Source of the DNA: Haliotis cracherodii
Taxonomy: Eukaryota
Direction of reading: 5' to 3'
NCBI RefSeq assembly: GCF_022045235.1
Contig: NW_027266286.1
Location: 1,255,856-1,319,855, forward strand
Length of the DNA stretch: 64,000 nucleotides
Shown here: one piece after another, positions 1 to 12,802 of the stretch
How positions within the stretch are numbered: position 1 is the first letter of the stretch
Layout: every line of letters begins with the position of its first letter
Made by a program: the position numbers and the translations under genes
Notes under the pieces: generated by a model
Databases searched by the model: none
Told to the model about the DNA's origin: nothing
What the model saw: only the letters and a program-made list of their open reading frames with translations

Positions 1-832
1 GGGTACCCGGGTAGGGTCGGGTCGGGGAGTGGAAGGGTGGGTACCCGGGTAGGGTCGGGTTGGGGAATGGAGGGGTGGGTACCCGGGTAGGGTCAGGCAG
101 TGGAGGGGTGGGTATCCGGGTAGGGTCATGTCGGGGAGTGGAGGGGTGGGTACCCGGGTAGGGTTGGGAGTGGAGGGGTGGGTATCCGGGTCGGGTCGGG
201 GAGTGGAGGGGTGGGTACCTGGGTAGGGTCGGGTCGGGAAATGGAGGGGTGGGTACCTGGGTGGGGTCTGGGAGTGGAGGGGTGGGTATCCGGGTAGGGT
301 TGGGGAGTGGAGGGGTGGGTACCCGGGTAGGGTCGGGTCGGGGAATGGAGGGGTGGGTACCCGGGTAGGGTCGGGGAGTGGAGGGATGGGTATCCGGGTA
401 GGGTCGGGTCGGAGAGTTGAGGGGTGGGTACCCGGGTAGGGTCGGGGAGTGGAAGGGTGGGTATCCGTGGAGGGGCGGGGAATGGAGGGGTGGGTACCCG
501 GGTAGGGTCGGGTCGGGGAATGGAGGGGTGGGTACCCGGGTAGGGTCGGGGAGTGGAGGGGTGGGTACCCGGGTAGGGTAGGGTCGGGGAATGGAGGGGT
601 GGGTACCCGGGTAGGGTTGGGTCGGGGAGTGGAGGGGTGGGTACCCGGGTAGGGTCGGGTCAGGGAATGGAGGGGTGGGTACCCGGGTAGGGTCGGGGAG
701 TGGAGGGGTGGGTACCCGGGCAGGGTCGGGGATTGGAGGAGTGGGTACCCGGGTAGGGTCGGGTAGGGGAGTGGAGGGGTGGGTATCCGGGTAGGGTCGG
801 GGAGTGGAGGGGTGGGTACCCGGGTAGTAAAT
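1..832. repeat. G-rich minisatellite, about 50-60-bp unit (gggtacccgggtagggtcgggtcggggagtggaggggtg), about 16 units, running from the window edge.
   Basis: Direct visual periodicity. Confidence 0.9.
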
Positions 833-844
833 CTGGACTCTTAC

Positions 845-1020
845 CAGCCTTAGTAGAGTTTGAGTTTGATTTTATGCCACTTTTAGCAATATTCCAGGAA
901 TATCACGGCGGGGGACACCAGAAATTGGTTCCACACATTGTACCCGTGTCGGGAATCGAACCAGGGTTTTTCAGCGTGATGAGCTCATGCTTTAACCACT
1001 AGACTACCCGACCGCCGCAC
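845..1020 (-). mobile_element. SINE family A copy. tRNA-derived head, conserved core ..CCGCCGTGATATTGCTGGAATATTGCTAAAAG.., (ACTC)n-type tail.
   Basis: Member of a 9-copy family in the window. Sense strand inferred from the A/B-box-like head (TAGTGGTTAA .. GGTTCGATTCC). Confidence 0.75.
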
Positions 1021-3624
1021 CTTGGTCGTGAACGGAACCCTTGCATCCAAAGTTGATAGGTAACCTCGCAGAACCATGGTAGAAAACAGTTTCCTTGACA
1101 CACAGTCAGCCTTAGGCTAAACCAACAATAGTCTTGGTAAGGCACCGCCCGCATCATCATAAAGTCTGCCACAAGATTCGTTTCTATTTCCATTTCCAAC
1201 AAAAAAATAATTAAAAAATTAGCATTCTAACACTGAAAAACAAGCCGATACAATATTGCACACTGTTACTTCCCTTTACATGCGTATCTCGTGTTATGGT
1301 CAAGGAGTTTGTATCCTTGTCTATGTAGGGAGGCCCTTTCCCAGGTTGATGGTACACAACTGTTTATTTGGTTTCATGCTAGTTAGAACAAGCAAAAAAA
1401 ACACACAAAAAACACCCACCCATCCGCCTGCCCGCACTATATTTTCAAAAGTCATTGATCGAGAACCAAGTGTTTTATTATTGTAAGCCTTAAATGTCAT
1501 TGTTTCACAAAAGTTCCTGGTTCCAGACAGCATTTGCTTGGCATCATCTGAGTGATATGAAAAGATAGGTTGAGTGTTGTTTAGTCACCTCAGCTTGGGA
1601 CTGCTCCTTGGTTAAATGCCTCACATGTTGCAATGCTAATGTTTTGTCCCATTTGGGGAACAAAACAAACAAAAGGAAAAGGAAACAAACTAATATTGTA
1701 AATATGATCTTCAACCTTTCATTCATCAAAGTACAATCATTTAACTCTGACATACATGAAGAAACAAACTAGCAGTGGACCACTATACAACATAATATAC
1801 ATATGTGTATACCATACAATATCAATATTTATTACCCACGTGGTGAAGATACAGGTGGTAAGATACTAAATCCGTATGTCACACGTGTGTCGTACAAGGT
1901 TGACCTTGTTTTATTCGTTTTGATTGGATAACCGTGACCTCTGTCACACCGGGACTACTTTTTTCATTCATAAAAAATTGCGAGACATCATTCATTTTGC
2001 GATTACAAGGCAGAACTGAAGAAATTCATGAGAACGAGAGATATTTACAAACACTTTATTAAACCAAACAAGATAGTCACACGCATCAAATTGGTTTGCA
2101 TTCTATATAAGTTATGCATAGAGCTCCTACAGACATATAATCCAGCTAGATCTATAAATCGATTTACAATGTACGACTGCCGATCGAGCACGTCCCTTGA
2201 GCGTGACGCACCCGACCATTTTCGCAACTTTCAATTTGATTTAACGTAAAAGGATAAGCGTGGTGAAATGAAGTCTGTTTAAACTATCTGGACAGATATC
2301 TAGACTTACTTGGGATGATCCGGTTGTGCCATCGGTGTCCCTTTTGAAGCGTATTTTATGGCGCTGTTTCGGGAGGTGTTCATGAATGAACGAACACGAC
2401 AGCACGACCAGATCACTTAAAGTTCACAGTTCCAATACAAATCATTCTAAAACCACTTGGAAGTGCGCTTGACTTCTGATTTTGTGGTCCCAAACATCCC
2501 AAATGTGAACAGTAACATTCACTATCTCTAGCGTAAAACGCTGTGAGGGGATCGCGGTTGTCTTTTCTTATTGCGGTGGCGACCTTGCCCTTCAATCGTT
2601 CGAAGCTGTCACTGACATGCAAGCAGATTTGAGTTTGTTGATTTTCACGTCTTCAGTATAGGGTGGTACAGTTAACATGAATGTCTTTGGCGAACAGTCT
2701 GATTTCCCTCTTCCAAAATTGGACGGGCATGATATAAATTCAGCTGATAGATCAAGGAAACCGAACCATTTTGATTGCACAGACGGGACCCCGGCAGTGT
2801 GATGCGTGTGACTGTTGGTCCGACATTCAAAGCGCGGCGCTAATGTGACATTTCAATTTTTCTTATCGGTGTCCTGCGTACTAACAACATGGCGCTTGAA
2901 TTACCATAAGTTGAAGACTTTCTTCCAAAAGGATCTTGAGCGTCGGTGCTGGTTTGTTTGCAAACAGAACAGCAGGCGCATGTTGTTAATGCGTATGCAT
3001 AAACATGTCAACAATGCCCATATTTGGTCTTATATCAATATTCATGCGCAACCAGATTTTGCAACCGGTTTCAGTTTGGTCTGTCAATGAACGAAAGTTG
3101 TTATGTATTTACACTTAAATATATATTTAACGTGGGTAATAAATAAAATACTACACTCATTCTCGTTAGATACCATTTTTACGAAACTTGTGAACTTTCT
3201 ATGGTATCTGACCGATCGAATAGTATCGAACGAGAATGAGTGTAGTATTCTCTATGTCTCAATCACATCACATCATATCTTAAAACAGAAATGTCAAGAC
3301 TCACTCACTCACTCACTCACTCACATCGTCAATCTCATTACAATCAGATCCTTGTTCCAACTATCACTCCACAAATGTCTGAGGACTTCCTATTACGGAA
3401 GAATGACCTTTCCTCCAACAAATCAGAGAGTGACTCACCAGATCAGGAAAGTGAAAGTCGGAATGTGTTTTCAAATCATGCATCCTCAAAAATGTTAACA
3501 TGGCGTGTTCTGAACCACAGTTGCTGGCTGTACGACTGATTTTGTCAATTTCATCGCCTAACGCTCACCTCAATGAGATATATTTTGAAACGGAAGAGAC
3601 ATTCCATAGCCCATGAGAGTTAGT

Positions 3625-3775
3625 GAGTTTGTTTTACGCCGCTTTTAGAAATATTCCAGCAATTTCACGGCGGGGGACACCAGAAATGTGCTTCACACAC
3701 TGTACCCATGTCGGGAATCTGGGTCTCAGCGTGATGAGCGAACGCTTTAGCCACTCAGCTACCTGACTACCCCCA
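3625..3775 (-). mobile_element. SINE family A copy.
   Basis: Sequence identity to the other family A copies. Confidence 0.75.
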
Positions 3776-4993
3776 TAGGCCATGAGAAGTACTGCCATTC
3801 AATATTACCAATCTACTAGAGCTTCAAGAATTTTCCTCTATTCAGTTTTCAAATTTGGAATCAATATTTTTTCAAAGGGTTGCCTGGAATGGAAGTCACT
3901 AGTTTAAGCTCAAGAAGCTTTCTCATTGGCTAATGTCGACTTCCTGCTAACTATGTCATTGGTCGGTCAAAGTTCACGAAAGGTCGTTCTGCAGTGACCT
4001 GTAATGGGATATCCTCAGATCTATGTGTAGCGGTAGCACACTGAGATCTAGTTTTAATGAGACTGGGTGTGGTCAAGCCAGGGATCCTTATCAGCGAGAA
4101 TCTGGGACCCCTCTACACTGATCACAGACACTGACAAATAAATATAGCAGAGTAGCAACTGGTTTACTTGTGAATACATGGCTGCTGATCAAATAACATC
4201 TAACATCTCGTAACAGGGATGAATTCAGTGATTCTATATTGTGTACATAAACTAATCATTTTAATCTTATTTCAGGTTTTAGTGATCTGGCAGACGACGA
4301 CTTGTCTATATATAACTTGCAATCAGTTGTCAGTCCAGCTGCCTCTTGTTGTTATGTTTCCTGGACAGTTCTGTGTCACAGGGCTGGTTCCTTTAGGTTT
4401 GTGGTATTAAGTCTACTTGGATTGATCTATTTTTATATCAGTGTGTTTGCTGTCTTAACAATAGCAGCACACTGCCCTCCAGTTGTAGTTTTGGCCAACT
4501 GAGAGGATGCCTGGCCTGCCAGCGGTTGTAGTGTTACTGTCCAACATAACATCCCTTCTAGACCATAACACAGTGGCATCATATCTTCTCCAACACTTCC
4601 ATGTTCCCTTATTATTGTCCATCAGTATCGTCGTTCTTTCAACCGAATGTCCATTTGTTTTTTTCCCTACACAACTTATATTCAAGGCACTAACGTCATA
4701 ACTAATGACATTTCATAGATAACAAAACAGGCACAATGCTTTTATCGAATTATATTCCAAAGGAATAAAAGGGTTTCCATGACAACAACGCTGATAATGG
4801 TGTAAACGATATGCATAATAAAACCATATATGCTTGTGACCTTACAGTACTTCATCAACAACACACAAAACATGTGTAACAGAGTTACGGATGACAAAAT
4901 GAAATAATATATATTATGCAGCATATACCAAAACAAAGTACAGCAAAATTAACAAAACATCCATTTTGCTGTGTATCCCCGAACACCAATCTA

Positions 4994-5427
4994 ACACACC
5001 ATAGTCTTGGTACTATTGTTTATCTTCTCCACGGTGTTTACAAGTTCTGGGAACAGAAGATGGAACATCCTTCCCAGTGTCTTCGTCTTCTGACGTTCTC
5101 CCAGATCACCCAACATCTTCGCTGCCGCAGTCAGCCAATCATCTGCCAGTTCCAGTGATTGACAGACGAGGGGGTGTTTCTTATCCATTGCTTTGCAAAA
5201 CTGGATTCCTTGACTCAGTGATAGAAATATCTCAGACACGTCCATTCTCTGAGATATGGTTGCCAACTCGATTTTACTGGAAAGAATCTTGCCCAATTCC
5301 CTTTCGCCATCTTTGAGCAGACGGTCATCTGTCAGGGGGAATAACTCTGGGCAGAGAACCTCCAAGATGACAAGAATAGTTATCACTGTAGCAACAAGAT
5401 CTTGGATGTCTCCTGTGACACTTGTGC
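4994..5427 (-). CDS. PARP4: PARP4-like terminal coding exon (..TSVTGDIQDLVATVITILVILEVLCPELFPLTDDRLLKDGERELGKILSSKIELATISQRMDVSEIFLSLSQGIQFCKAMDKKHPLVCQSLELADDWLTAAAKMLGDLGERQKTKTLGRMFHLLFPELVNTVEKINNSTKTMVC). Stop TAG at 4991-4993.
   Basis: Acceptor aaaccttttgcag|GC completes the Gly codon from the previous exon. Aligns with human PARP4 C-terminus ..ECLLDLIATMLVLQFIRTRL..PWAFEAIKQASEWVRR..CPRLELGNDWDSATKQLLG. Confidence 0.85.
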
Positions 5428-6049
5428 CTGCAAAAGGTTTGAGACAGAATTACAGCAACACAATTACAACACGTCTACCTAAGCTGAAATCAACCTGTGT
5501 ATGGTTTGAGACAGAATTACAGTAACACAATTACAACACGATGTCTACCTAAGCGGAAATCAACCTGCGTACGGTAGTAATGACAACTCAACATGCAAGG
5601 TAAGGAATCCTGTTTGAAATAGCTACAGATGCTGTGATTAGTCCATCAACTTCACTATTGTCTAAACATATACTCACCACCAAAAGAAACCTATAGAGAA
5701 GTATGTACGTAAAGAAGAGACGTTTCCAATGTGTACCACAGAACTATCAGCCACGGGTTACTGCTGAGTTACTTTATTCTTATCACGATATGCTACATGT
5801 GATTTCCAAACTTTACATCTAGAGTCACGGATCTATGACATCACATGTGATGCGTTCATGAGCGTCCATTCACACAACATAACAGTATGTTCGTTTATGC
5901 ATCGAACCAATCTAATATCTCTTGAATATGAGTAATTCTTCATATATCAACCCAAATGTATGGTATGCGTGTTTCTTTTGGCGGTGAGTATACACATGAG
6001 AACACACAGTGTGTGGCCTTAGTTTGTCATCATGGAAGAAAATAGAAGA

Positions 6050-6320
6050 CTGAGTGAGTGAGTTGGGCTTGACGCCGCTTTTAACAGTATTCCAGTCACA
6101 GCGTGTCAGCTTAATGTGTGTGTAAAGCCGGAAGTGATGCAGGTCTCAGACGTTTACCACTTCTGTGAAACCCATGAGCACAGGTATGGTGCTGACAAAC
6201 CTAGAAACATAATCAGGGCGAACCGGGATTCAAACCCACATTCATAGGTTTCTGGCGTGCCCAAGGGACACAACTCTGCACAGCGAATAGTGGTGCCTTA
6301 GACGACTTGGCCACCTGGGC
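6050..6320 (-). mobile_element. SINE family B copy, about 280 bp. Long tRNA-like head GGGGGCACAGGTGGCCCAGTCGTCTAA..GGGTTCGAATCCCGGTTCGCCC on the minus strand, the same core as family A, (GAGT)n tail.
   Basis: Further copies at 16745-17020, 42480-42765 and 45900-46195 (all minus). Partial copies at 21035-21165 (minus), 19338-19400 and 51985-52095 (plus). Confidence 0.75.
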
Positions 6321-6534
6321 CCCCAGATAATAGGAGAATATGATAGAATGCTGTTAATCCAAACCAATCTAATGACAGTGTGACATTGAATGTGTTCTTA
6401 ATACACCCTGAACAGTATTTCACTCATACGCCAGTCAAAGAAAAGTACCACTGTTAAAAGCCCATGACTACGTGTGTCTAGCCAAGGGTCGTAATCAGGG
6501 ATGCAAACCCATGACCAGCAGATCCTGCTCCATT

Positions 6535-6835
6535 AGTCTTTTGTTTGTTTGTTGTTTAACGCCCACTCAGCAATATTCCAGCTATATGACGGCGGTTTGT
6601 TAAATAATCAAGTCAGGGCCTGACAATCCAGTGATTGACATCATGAGCATGATTCATGCAATTGGGATCGATGACATGCATCAACCAAGTCAGCGAGCCT
6701 GACCACCCGATCCCGTTAGTCGCCTCTTCAGACAAACATACTCTCCTTTTGTGGCTAGCATGGGTTGCTGAAGACCTGTTCTACCCGGGATCTTCACGGT
6801 TCTCCGGGTCAGTGAGTTGTGACAACCTATACCAC
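6535..6835 (-). mobile_element. Repeat family C copy, about 290 bp. (TTGT)n at its plus-strand start, core ..ctcagcaatattccagctatatgacggcgg.., internal duplicated gtcgcctcttacgacaagcat.
   Basis: Further copies at 11200-11445, 21880-22140, 32285-32545, 58475-58770 and 63935-64000 (same orientation), and 16245-16500 (opposite). Strand call assumes the (AACA)n-type run is a 3' tail. Confidence 0.6.
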
Positions 6836-7292
6836 TCGGCCTCTGCCGTGTTACGAAGAAGGAGCACAGACAAGGTCCTTCTTCCACAAGTATATCACAG
6901 CAACAGACAGACTCCCATCATAGACCAATGACAGTCGTATACAGCCTTATGATGGCATCGTGGACTGAGACCAGGATATTTACAGGGAGCTTCGGTGAAC
7001 CAGTGCACAGTTGCTTCCCCTTGGGCATGCCAGGAACCGAGGACCATTGGTTCGAATCTTAGATCTCGCCTTCTTGGCTTGTCAGCACCCGTGCTCGTGG
7101 ATTTCACCCAAGTAGTAAATGTCTAAGACCTGCATCACTTTGGGCTTTCTTTCCACATCAAACTGACGCACTGTGAAATTGCAGACAATTAAATATTCTT
7201 TTGTTTCTTTTAAGAAATATTGTATTGAAAATTCAGTTACATTATTCTCAAAACAAGACAATAAGACTCATGAACTGTTTGGAAACCGTTAC

Positions 7293-7392
7293 CTAGAGAC
7301 CGAAGTCCAGCCTTCATCAACAGTTCCCTGTAGTCATGGCTACGGATGCACAAAGCTGTATCAAGGGCACTGCCGAATCGCCATGATCCATC
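7293..7392 (-). CDS. PARP4: PARP4-like penultimate exon (DGSWRFGSALDTALCIRSHDYRELLMKAGLRSL).
   Basis: Acceptor gtcttttgtcag|GAT, donor TAG|gtaacg (phase 1). Human has DGFWKLTPELGLILNLNTNGLHSFLKQKGIQSL. Confidence 0.8.
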
Positions 7393-7519
7393 CTGACAAA
7401 AGACATAATCACATAAAATGTTGCACACGGCAAGAAACGTAATGCACGAGTACACAGTAGAATATACTCTTCTCATAGCTGAATCAACTTGTACGGAATT
7501 ATTGTAATGACCAAGGGGA

Positions 7520-7705
7520 CAGAGAGTGATTGTGTGAGTGAGTGAGTATGGTTTTATGCTGTTTTTAGCAATATTCCAGCAATATCACAGCAGGGGACAC
7601 CAGAACTGGGCTTCACACATTGTACCCATGTTGGGATTCAAACCTGGGTCTTCTGCGTGACGAGCGAACACTTTAGCCACTAGGCTACCCGATCGCCCCC
7701 CAAGG
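7520..7705 (-). mobile_element. SINE family A copy with (GAGT)n at its plus-strand start.
   Basis: Sequence identity to the other family A copies. Confidence 0.75.
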
Positions 7706-7749
7706 GGACAGCTCAAGAGTTGTTGGAAAATGTCTTATTCTTTATTTGG

Positions 7750-8110
7750 AGGGGGGACGATGAAATTCTCATTTAAGTAAGATCTTAGTGTTCACCACTA
7801 CTAGGCAAAGTTCTGATGACATCCCATTACAGGTCACATCAGAATTCATGCAACCAACCAGAGTGTCATTTACAAGGCAGTGAAAGTGACAGCCGGAGTG
7901 TGTTTCCTAATCATGCAAACCTAAAAAATGTCAAGCGGTATGACAGATTCCGAATGCTAGACATCGTCTATCTCTTACTTGAATCGAAGTGACTTTCATG
8001 GGTAATAGTGCCATACAACCTCGGCCATTCATTTGACATTACTAAATTCTTTTGGTTCAGTTTGCAAATTTGGAATCAAGAACTTTGTCAAAATATTTTT
8101 CAAAGCATAG
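7750..8110. repeat. Dispersed repeat family F copy. The related copy is at about 3400-3900, there split by a family A SINE.
   Basis: Shared blocks gaaagtgacagccggagtgtgtttc, aatcatgca..aaaaatgt and ttcagtttgcaaatttggaatcaag. Confidence 0.5.
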
Positions 8111-8270
8111 TCTGGTAGTCATGTACAGAATTTTGTTTGATACTTCTAGCGGCATTCCATTTGTATTTAACTCAGGTGAAGTTATTGTAACGAATGTGTC
8201 GTTGGTATTGATCAAAGCTTAATGGAGAAATAATACCCTGGATTAACGAGGATGCTTGACGCCCACTCAC

Positions 8271-8827
8271 CTGATTCTGTAGTCGGAGGATGATCTGGAT
8301 ATTGTCTTGAGGTATGGGGGCCATGTAGTGGGATGCAGCAGTGGTCACATGATCCCCGAGTTCAAGTCCTGGTGGTGCCGCCCCTCCCATCCCATCTCTG
8401 AACCCTGTGGTGCTGCCACACATCAGACTGCTAGACGGAGATTGGAAGCTGACTGACATCTTTCCTCCATGGGAATCATGAGTGATGCTACTGAGGCCTG
8501 TTGTCTCTTGAGCCACATCCATCAGCTGGTCAGCAAGGGATACTAGGGATGTCCTGTTGATCCCTTGTGACGGGGAAAACAGCTGAGACGCCATGTGTGC
8601 GAAGGGACTAGGTCCCTGGGATATTCCAGAGACCACAAATTCTGCAGAGTGTTTGTTTACTGTGCTAGTCACTCCAACCGCCACTGGTGGCTTGCATATA
8701 GTTCTCGGGAAACCTGGACTGACAGATGGGGCTCCACCTCCTCCTCCAAACAGTAATGGCATTCCATCAAAGACGGGATGAGACGGAGCTGGAACATCGG
8801 CCATAGGTATCTCATCTGGATGGGGCA

Positions 8828-8858
<31 letters not shown>

Positions 8859-10055
8859 CTGTTGCTGTGGCATTCCAAAACCCCTACTCTCATATGTTTG
8901 TGGCATTGCATTCTTTGTTCCAAACAGGGAACTACTTTTCTCAGGAGATGGATATGCAAATATTGGATGAATAGGTAAATCCTGGAATCCTGGGGGTTTC
9001 TGCTTGAAGCTGTCCGTGTGAGATGGCACTTGCACATTACAACCAAATCCAGATCCAAAGGAAGATTTTTCAGCATGTTTAGACGCATCTACTGCTCCGA
9101 ATGACAAACAAGTGGAAGCCATTGTTGAACCACCAAATCCAGATCCAAAGGAGGATTTTTCAGCATGTTTAGACGCATCTACTGCTCCGAATGAGAAACC
9201 TGTTGCAGCCGTTGTTGAACCACCAAATCCAGATCCAAAGGAAGATTTTTCAGCATGTTTAGACGCATCTACTGCTCCGAATGACAAACAAGTGGAAGCC
9301 ATTGTTGAACCACCAAATCCAGACCCAAAGGAGGATTTTTCAGCATGTTTAGACGCATCTACTGCTCCGAATGAGAAACAAGTGGAAGCCGTTGTTGAAC
9401 CACCAAATCCAGATCCAAAGGAGGATTTTTCAGCATGTTTAGACGCATCTACTGCGCCGAATGAGAAACCTGTTGCAGCCGTTGTTGAACCACCAAATCC
9501 AGACCCAAAGGAGGATTTTTCAGCATGTTTAGACGCATCTACTGCTCCAAATGAGAAACCTGTTGCAGCCGTTGTTGAACCACCAAATCCAGATCCAAAG
9601 GAGGATTTTTCAGCATGTTTAGACGCATCTACTGCTCCGAATGAGAAATTTGCTGGCTTTCCCACTAGACTGTCTGCCTGCATACTCTGCGAAGCAGGTA
9701 CCACCATGCCAGAGCTCCCAAATCCAGATCCACGTGTCACATGACTGACGTGTTGGAGTCCCGGCAGTACCACTCCCTCCTTCCTGTCTGGGGGCATGCC
9801 TGAACCACCAACTGTACATCCAAGTGAAAAGTTGATTGGGAAATCCAGTTCTGCTCCACTTGGACTCACGCTCCAACCATCATATGGAGTTCGAAGTAGT
9901 TGCTTCTCTGTCCTTTTGTGCGTCATACCAGCTTGTGTTTCTTCTGCTTCTTGTTCGAGAATGTAAGAACTGTCAATGTCCATCCCGAAGAGATCTTCCT
10001 CTGGCTGTTCTCCCAAGAAGCCAAATGACTTCACGTTTTCTCCCACACCTGTCAT
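8271..10055 (-). CDS. PARP4: Giant low-complexity exon of PARP4-like. Acidic FG motif GEQPEEDLFGMDIDS at the N-terminal end. About 7 repeats of a 40-aa unit (ANFSFGAVDASKHAEKSSFGSGFGGSTTAATGFS), encoded by a 120-bp DNA tandem repeat at about 9050-9660. Q13 run from a CTG-type microsatellite at 8830-8870. Gly/Pro-rich segment. Ends ..HYMAPIPQDNIQIILRLQNQ.
   Basis: Open frame of 595 codons on the minus strand, ending at a strong donor CAG|gtgagt (8265-8270). The tail IPQDNIQIILRLQNQ plus the next exon DGSWRF aligns with human PARP4 VPWTELLSLQTE-DGFWKL. The 5' boundary is unresolved: candidate acceptor acag|GT at 10049/10048, otherwise ATG at 10053-10055. The ORF-track ORF continues artefactually to 8172. 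Confidence 0.65.
9050..9660. repeat. 120-bp coding tandem repeat, about 5 units, inside the giant PARP4-like exon. Encodes the 40-aa FG repeat.
   Basis: Near-identical 120-mers. The plus-strand ORF 9112-9744 is its antisense artefact. Confidence 0.85.
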
Positions 10056-10057
10056 AA

Positions 10058-10500
10058 CATAGCCAGCAAGGTATTATTGGTCGGTGACGATTGTACATAG
10101 CCAGCAAGGTATTATTGGTCGGTGACGATTGTACATAGCCAGCAAGGTATTATTGGTCGGTGATGATTGTACACAGCCAGGAAGGTATTATTGGTCGGTG
10201 ATGATTGTACATAGCCAGCAAGGTATTATTGGTCGGTGATGATTGTACATAGCCAGCAAGGTATTATTGGTCGGTGACGATTGTACATAGCCAGCAAGGT
10301 ATTATTGGTCGGTGATGATTGTACATAGCCAGCAAGGTATTATTGGTCGGAGACGATTGTACATAGCCAGCAAGGTATTATTGGTCGGTGACGATTGTAC
10401 ATAGCCAGCAAGGTATTATTGGTCGGTGACGATTGTACATAGCCAGCAAGGTATTATTGGTTGGTGATGATTATACATAGCCAGCAAGGTATTATTGGTC
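10058..10500. repeat. 39-bp minisatellite, about 11 units (catagccagcaaggtattattggtcggtgacgattgta), immediately upstream of the giant exon.
   Basis: Direct periodicity. Confidence 0.9.
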
Positions 10501-10739
10501 GGTAACAATTGTCCAAACTATTTGTGAAGTGGAATGTCCCGAAGTCACGAGGGCAATCGCGATGACAAATTAAATTTTAAAGTTGAAAGGGATACAGTGA
10601 TTATCTAGATACATCTACTTGTGTCAACAGTTTAAATAAAATGAAAAAAAATAGGATTATCAACACATTTAACCATATATAACTATATATTGTATGCACT
10701 TTACCAGTTTATTTACACGTCTGGCAAATGTACTGTACA

Positions 10740-10900
10740 TTGAGTGAATGAGTGAGTATGGTTTTACGTCACTTTTCGCAATATTCCAGCAATAACACGG
10801 CGGGGGACACCAGAAATGGGCATCACACATTGTCGGAAATCGAACCCGTGTTTTTGGGTGGTGAGTGAACGCTTTATCCACTAGGCTATCCGACCACCCC
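10740..10900 (-). mobile_element. SINE family A copy.
   Basis: Sequence identity to the other family A copies. Confidence 0.75.
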
Positions 10901-11689
10901 TATTGTACATTGAACATTCATGATGTGTGTTTTGTCATATAACAAACCAAGTCTTATTTATGATGTATATTAATGTACATTATTGTATATTACTATATCA
11001 TTAGACATATATCTGTATTAAAATAGTTATGGTACTGGTGGAGCCGGCTACAAGGTCAACATCAAGATACAGGATAAAGTTGATATTTCCAATACTGAAA
11101 ATCATGGGTGGTGAGTTGTACACTTGTACGTGTCACGTGGAAGTTTCCCCTCTCGGACACATTGAACATGTCAATATGTAAACATGTTTCTTTCTTTCTT
11201 TCTTTGTTGTTTAACTAGGCACTCTGCTATATTCCAACTATATGACGGCAGTCTGTAAATAATCGAGTCTGGACCAGACAATTCAGTGATTGACATCATG
11301 AGCATCGATCCACGCTATTTGGCTACGATGACATGCATCAACCAAGTCAGCAAGGCTGACTACCCGATCATATTAGTCGCTTCTTACGACAAGCATAGTC
11401 ACTTCTTACGACAAGCATGGGTTCTCTGAAAACCTATTCTACCCAGGTACATCAATCTAACCAAGCTACAGTCCACATGCAATGGTCTATCAACCATGAC
11501 CAAGATGACGGTCTATTGTTACAAGTCCAGGTACACAAGAAGTGTCAGGTCTTGATAACCCCTGGTAATCAGCATTCAACTGCTGTCAACTATTCATCTT
11601 GTCATTAAAATCTGTCGATAACTACATCACCGTTCACACTAACTGACACAATAACGTAGCCAATCTGTCCCATTCCACAGGGCAATCTA

Positions 11690-12225
11690 AGCAACGGCCA
11701 TAGGTCTATGTTAAAGTAAGGGTCTTTAGATCATCTTAGCACTCAACGGTCGTAAGTCTATGTTAAAGTAAGGGACTTCAGATCATCTTAGCACTCAACA
11801 ATCGTAAGTCTATGTTAAAGTAAGGGTCTTTAGATCATCTTAGCACTCAACAGTCGTAAGTCTATGTTAAAGTAAGGGTCTTATGATCATCTTAGCACTC
11901 AACGGTTGTAAGGCTTTGTTAAAGTAAGGGTCTTAAGATCATCTTAGCACTCAACAGTCATAAGTCTATTTTAAAGTAAGGGATTTCAGATCATCTTAGC
12001 ACTCAATGGTCATAAGTCTATTTTAAAGTAAGGGTCTTAAGATCATCTTAGCACTCAACAGTCATAAGTCTATTTTAAAGTAAGGGTCTTAAGATCATCT
12101 TAGCACTCAACGGTCATAAGTCTATGTTAAAGTAAGGGTCTTAAGATCATCTTAGCACTCAACAGTCATAAGTCTATTTTAAAGTTAGGGACTTAAGATC
12201 ATCTTAGCGCTTAGAACGCTTTGTC
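11690..12225. repeat. 60-bp minisatellite, about 9 units (agtaagggtcttaagatcatcttagcactcaacagtcataagtctattttaa).
   Basis: Direct periodicity. Confidence 0.9.
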
Positions 12226-12297
12226 AAAAAGAGTCCTGGGATCCAACTTGGCATTTTTTCTTTAAAATGTTGGTACTAAAAGCTCAAGTTATCTTAC

Positions 12298-12802
12298 CTG
12301 CCGAGTATCGACTTCTGTCTCTGTCTCTACTTTTTGATCTTGATCTTCTGTCCCTTGCATCTTCAACACTTCCAGTTGGAGGAGGCATTGTCCTGGAGGA
12401 GTCCGGAGGTGGGGGTGGAGGAATGGCAGCACTCATGTTGGCGCTCCTGGCAGCTGCCAAGGGAACTGAAGAACCACCCCTGATCAATCCACCAATTTTG
12501 GCCCCCAATAACAATGATCTAGTTTTGGTCAAAGCGTCATGTTCTATGGGAGGTGGAGGTGGTGGAATATGACTTCTGGAAGGGGGAGGCGATGGAGGGG
12601 GGGGGTACATGACTTCTAGCAGGTGTAGGGGGAGGGGGAGGCACAGACACCCCAGAAGGGGGTGCTTGTGCTGCTCCAGGGGGTGGCGGGGCCCACCTGC
12701 TATGTCTGGAAGTGGGGGGTGGTGGGGGTGGGGGCACAGCACTTCCAGTAGTTTTGGGAAGCTTTTTTGACAGCTCATTTTTTGCAAGGAATAGTTTTTC
12801 AC
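12298..12802 (-). CDS. Coding-like ORF, frame B, overlapping frame A by 266 nt. Pro-rich, then an RS/RD-rich tail (..EDARDRRSRSKSRDRDRSRYSAG). Ends at a strong donor CAG|gtaagat (12292-12297).
   Basis: Strong GTAAGA donor immediately after an open frame. Frame A and frame B overlap across G/C homopolymer runs, so either a small intron or a homopolymer indel connects them. Confidence 0.35.

Noticed and set aside
7960-7990. Strong donor-like TTCAAG|gtaaga on the minus strand between the giant exon and the penultimate exon
   Set aside because: All three frames upstream hit stops within a few codons. It lies inside dispersed repeat family F. The giant exon joins the 7392 exon directly with matching phase and protein alignment.
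9112-9744. Plus-strand 210-aa ORF (EPPNPDPKEDFSACLDASTAPNEK repeats)
   Set aside because: Antisense reading of the 120-bp coding VNTR. The sense strand is minus, established by the flanking PARP4 homology and the donor at 8270.
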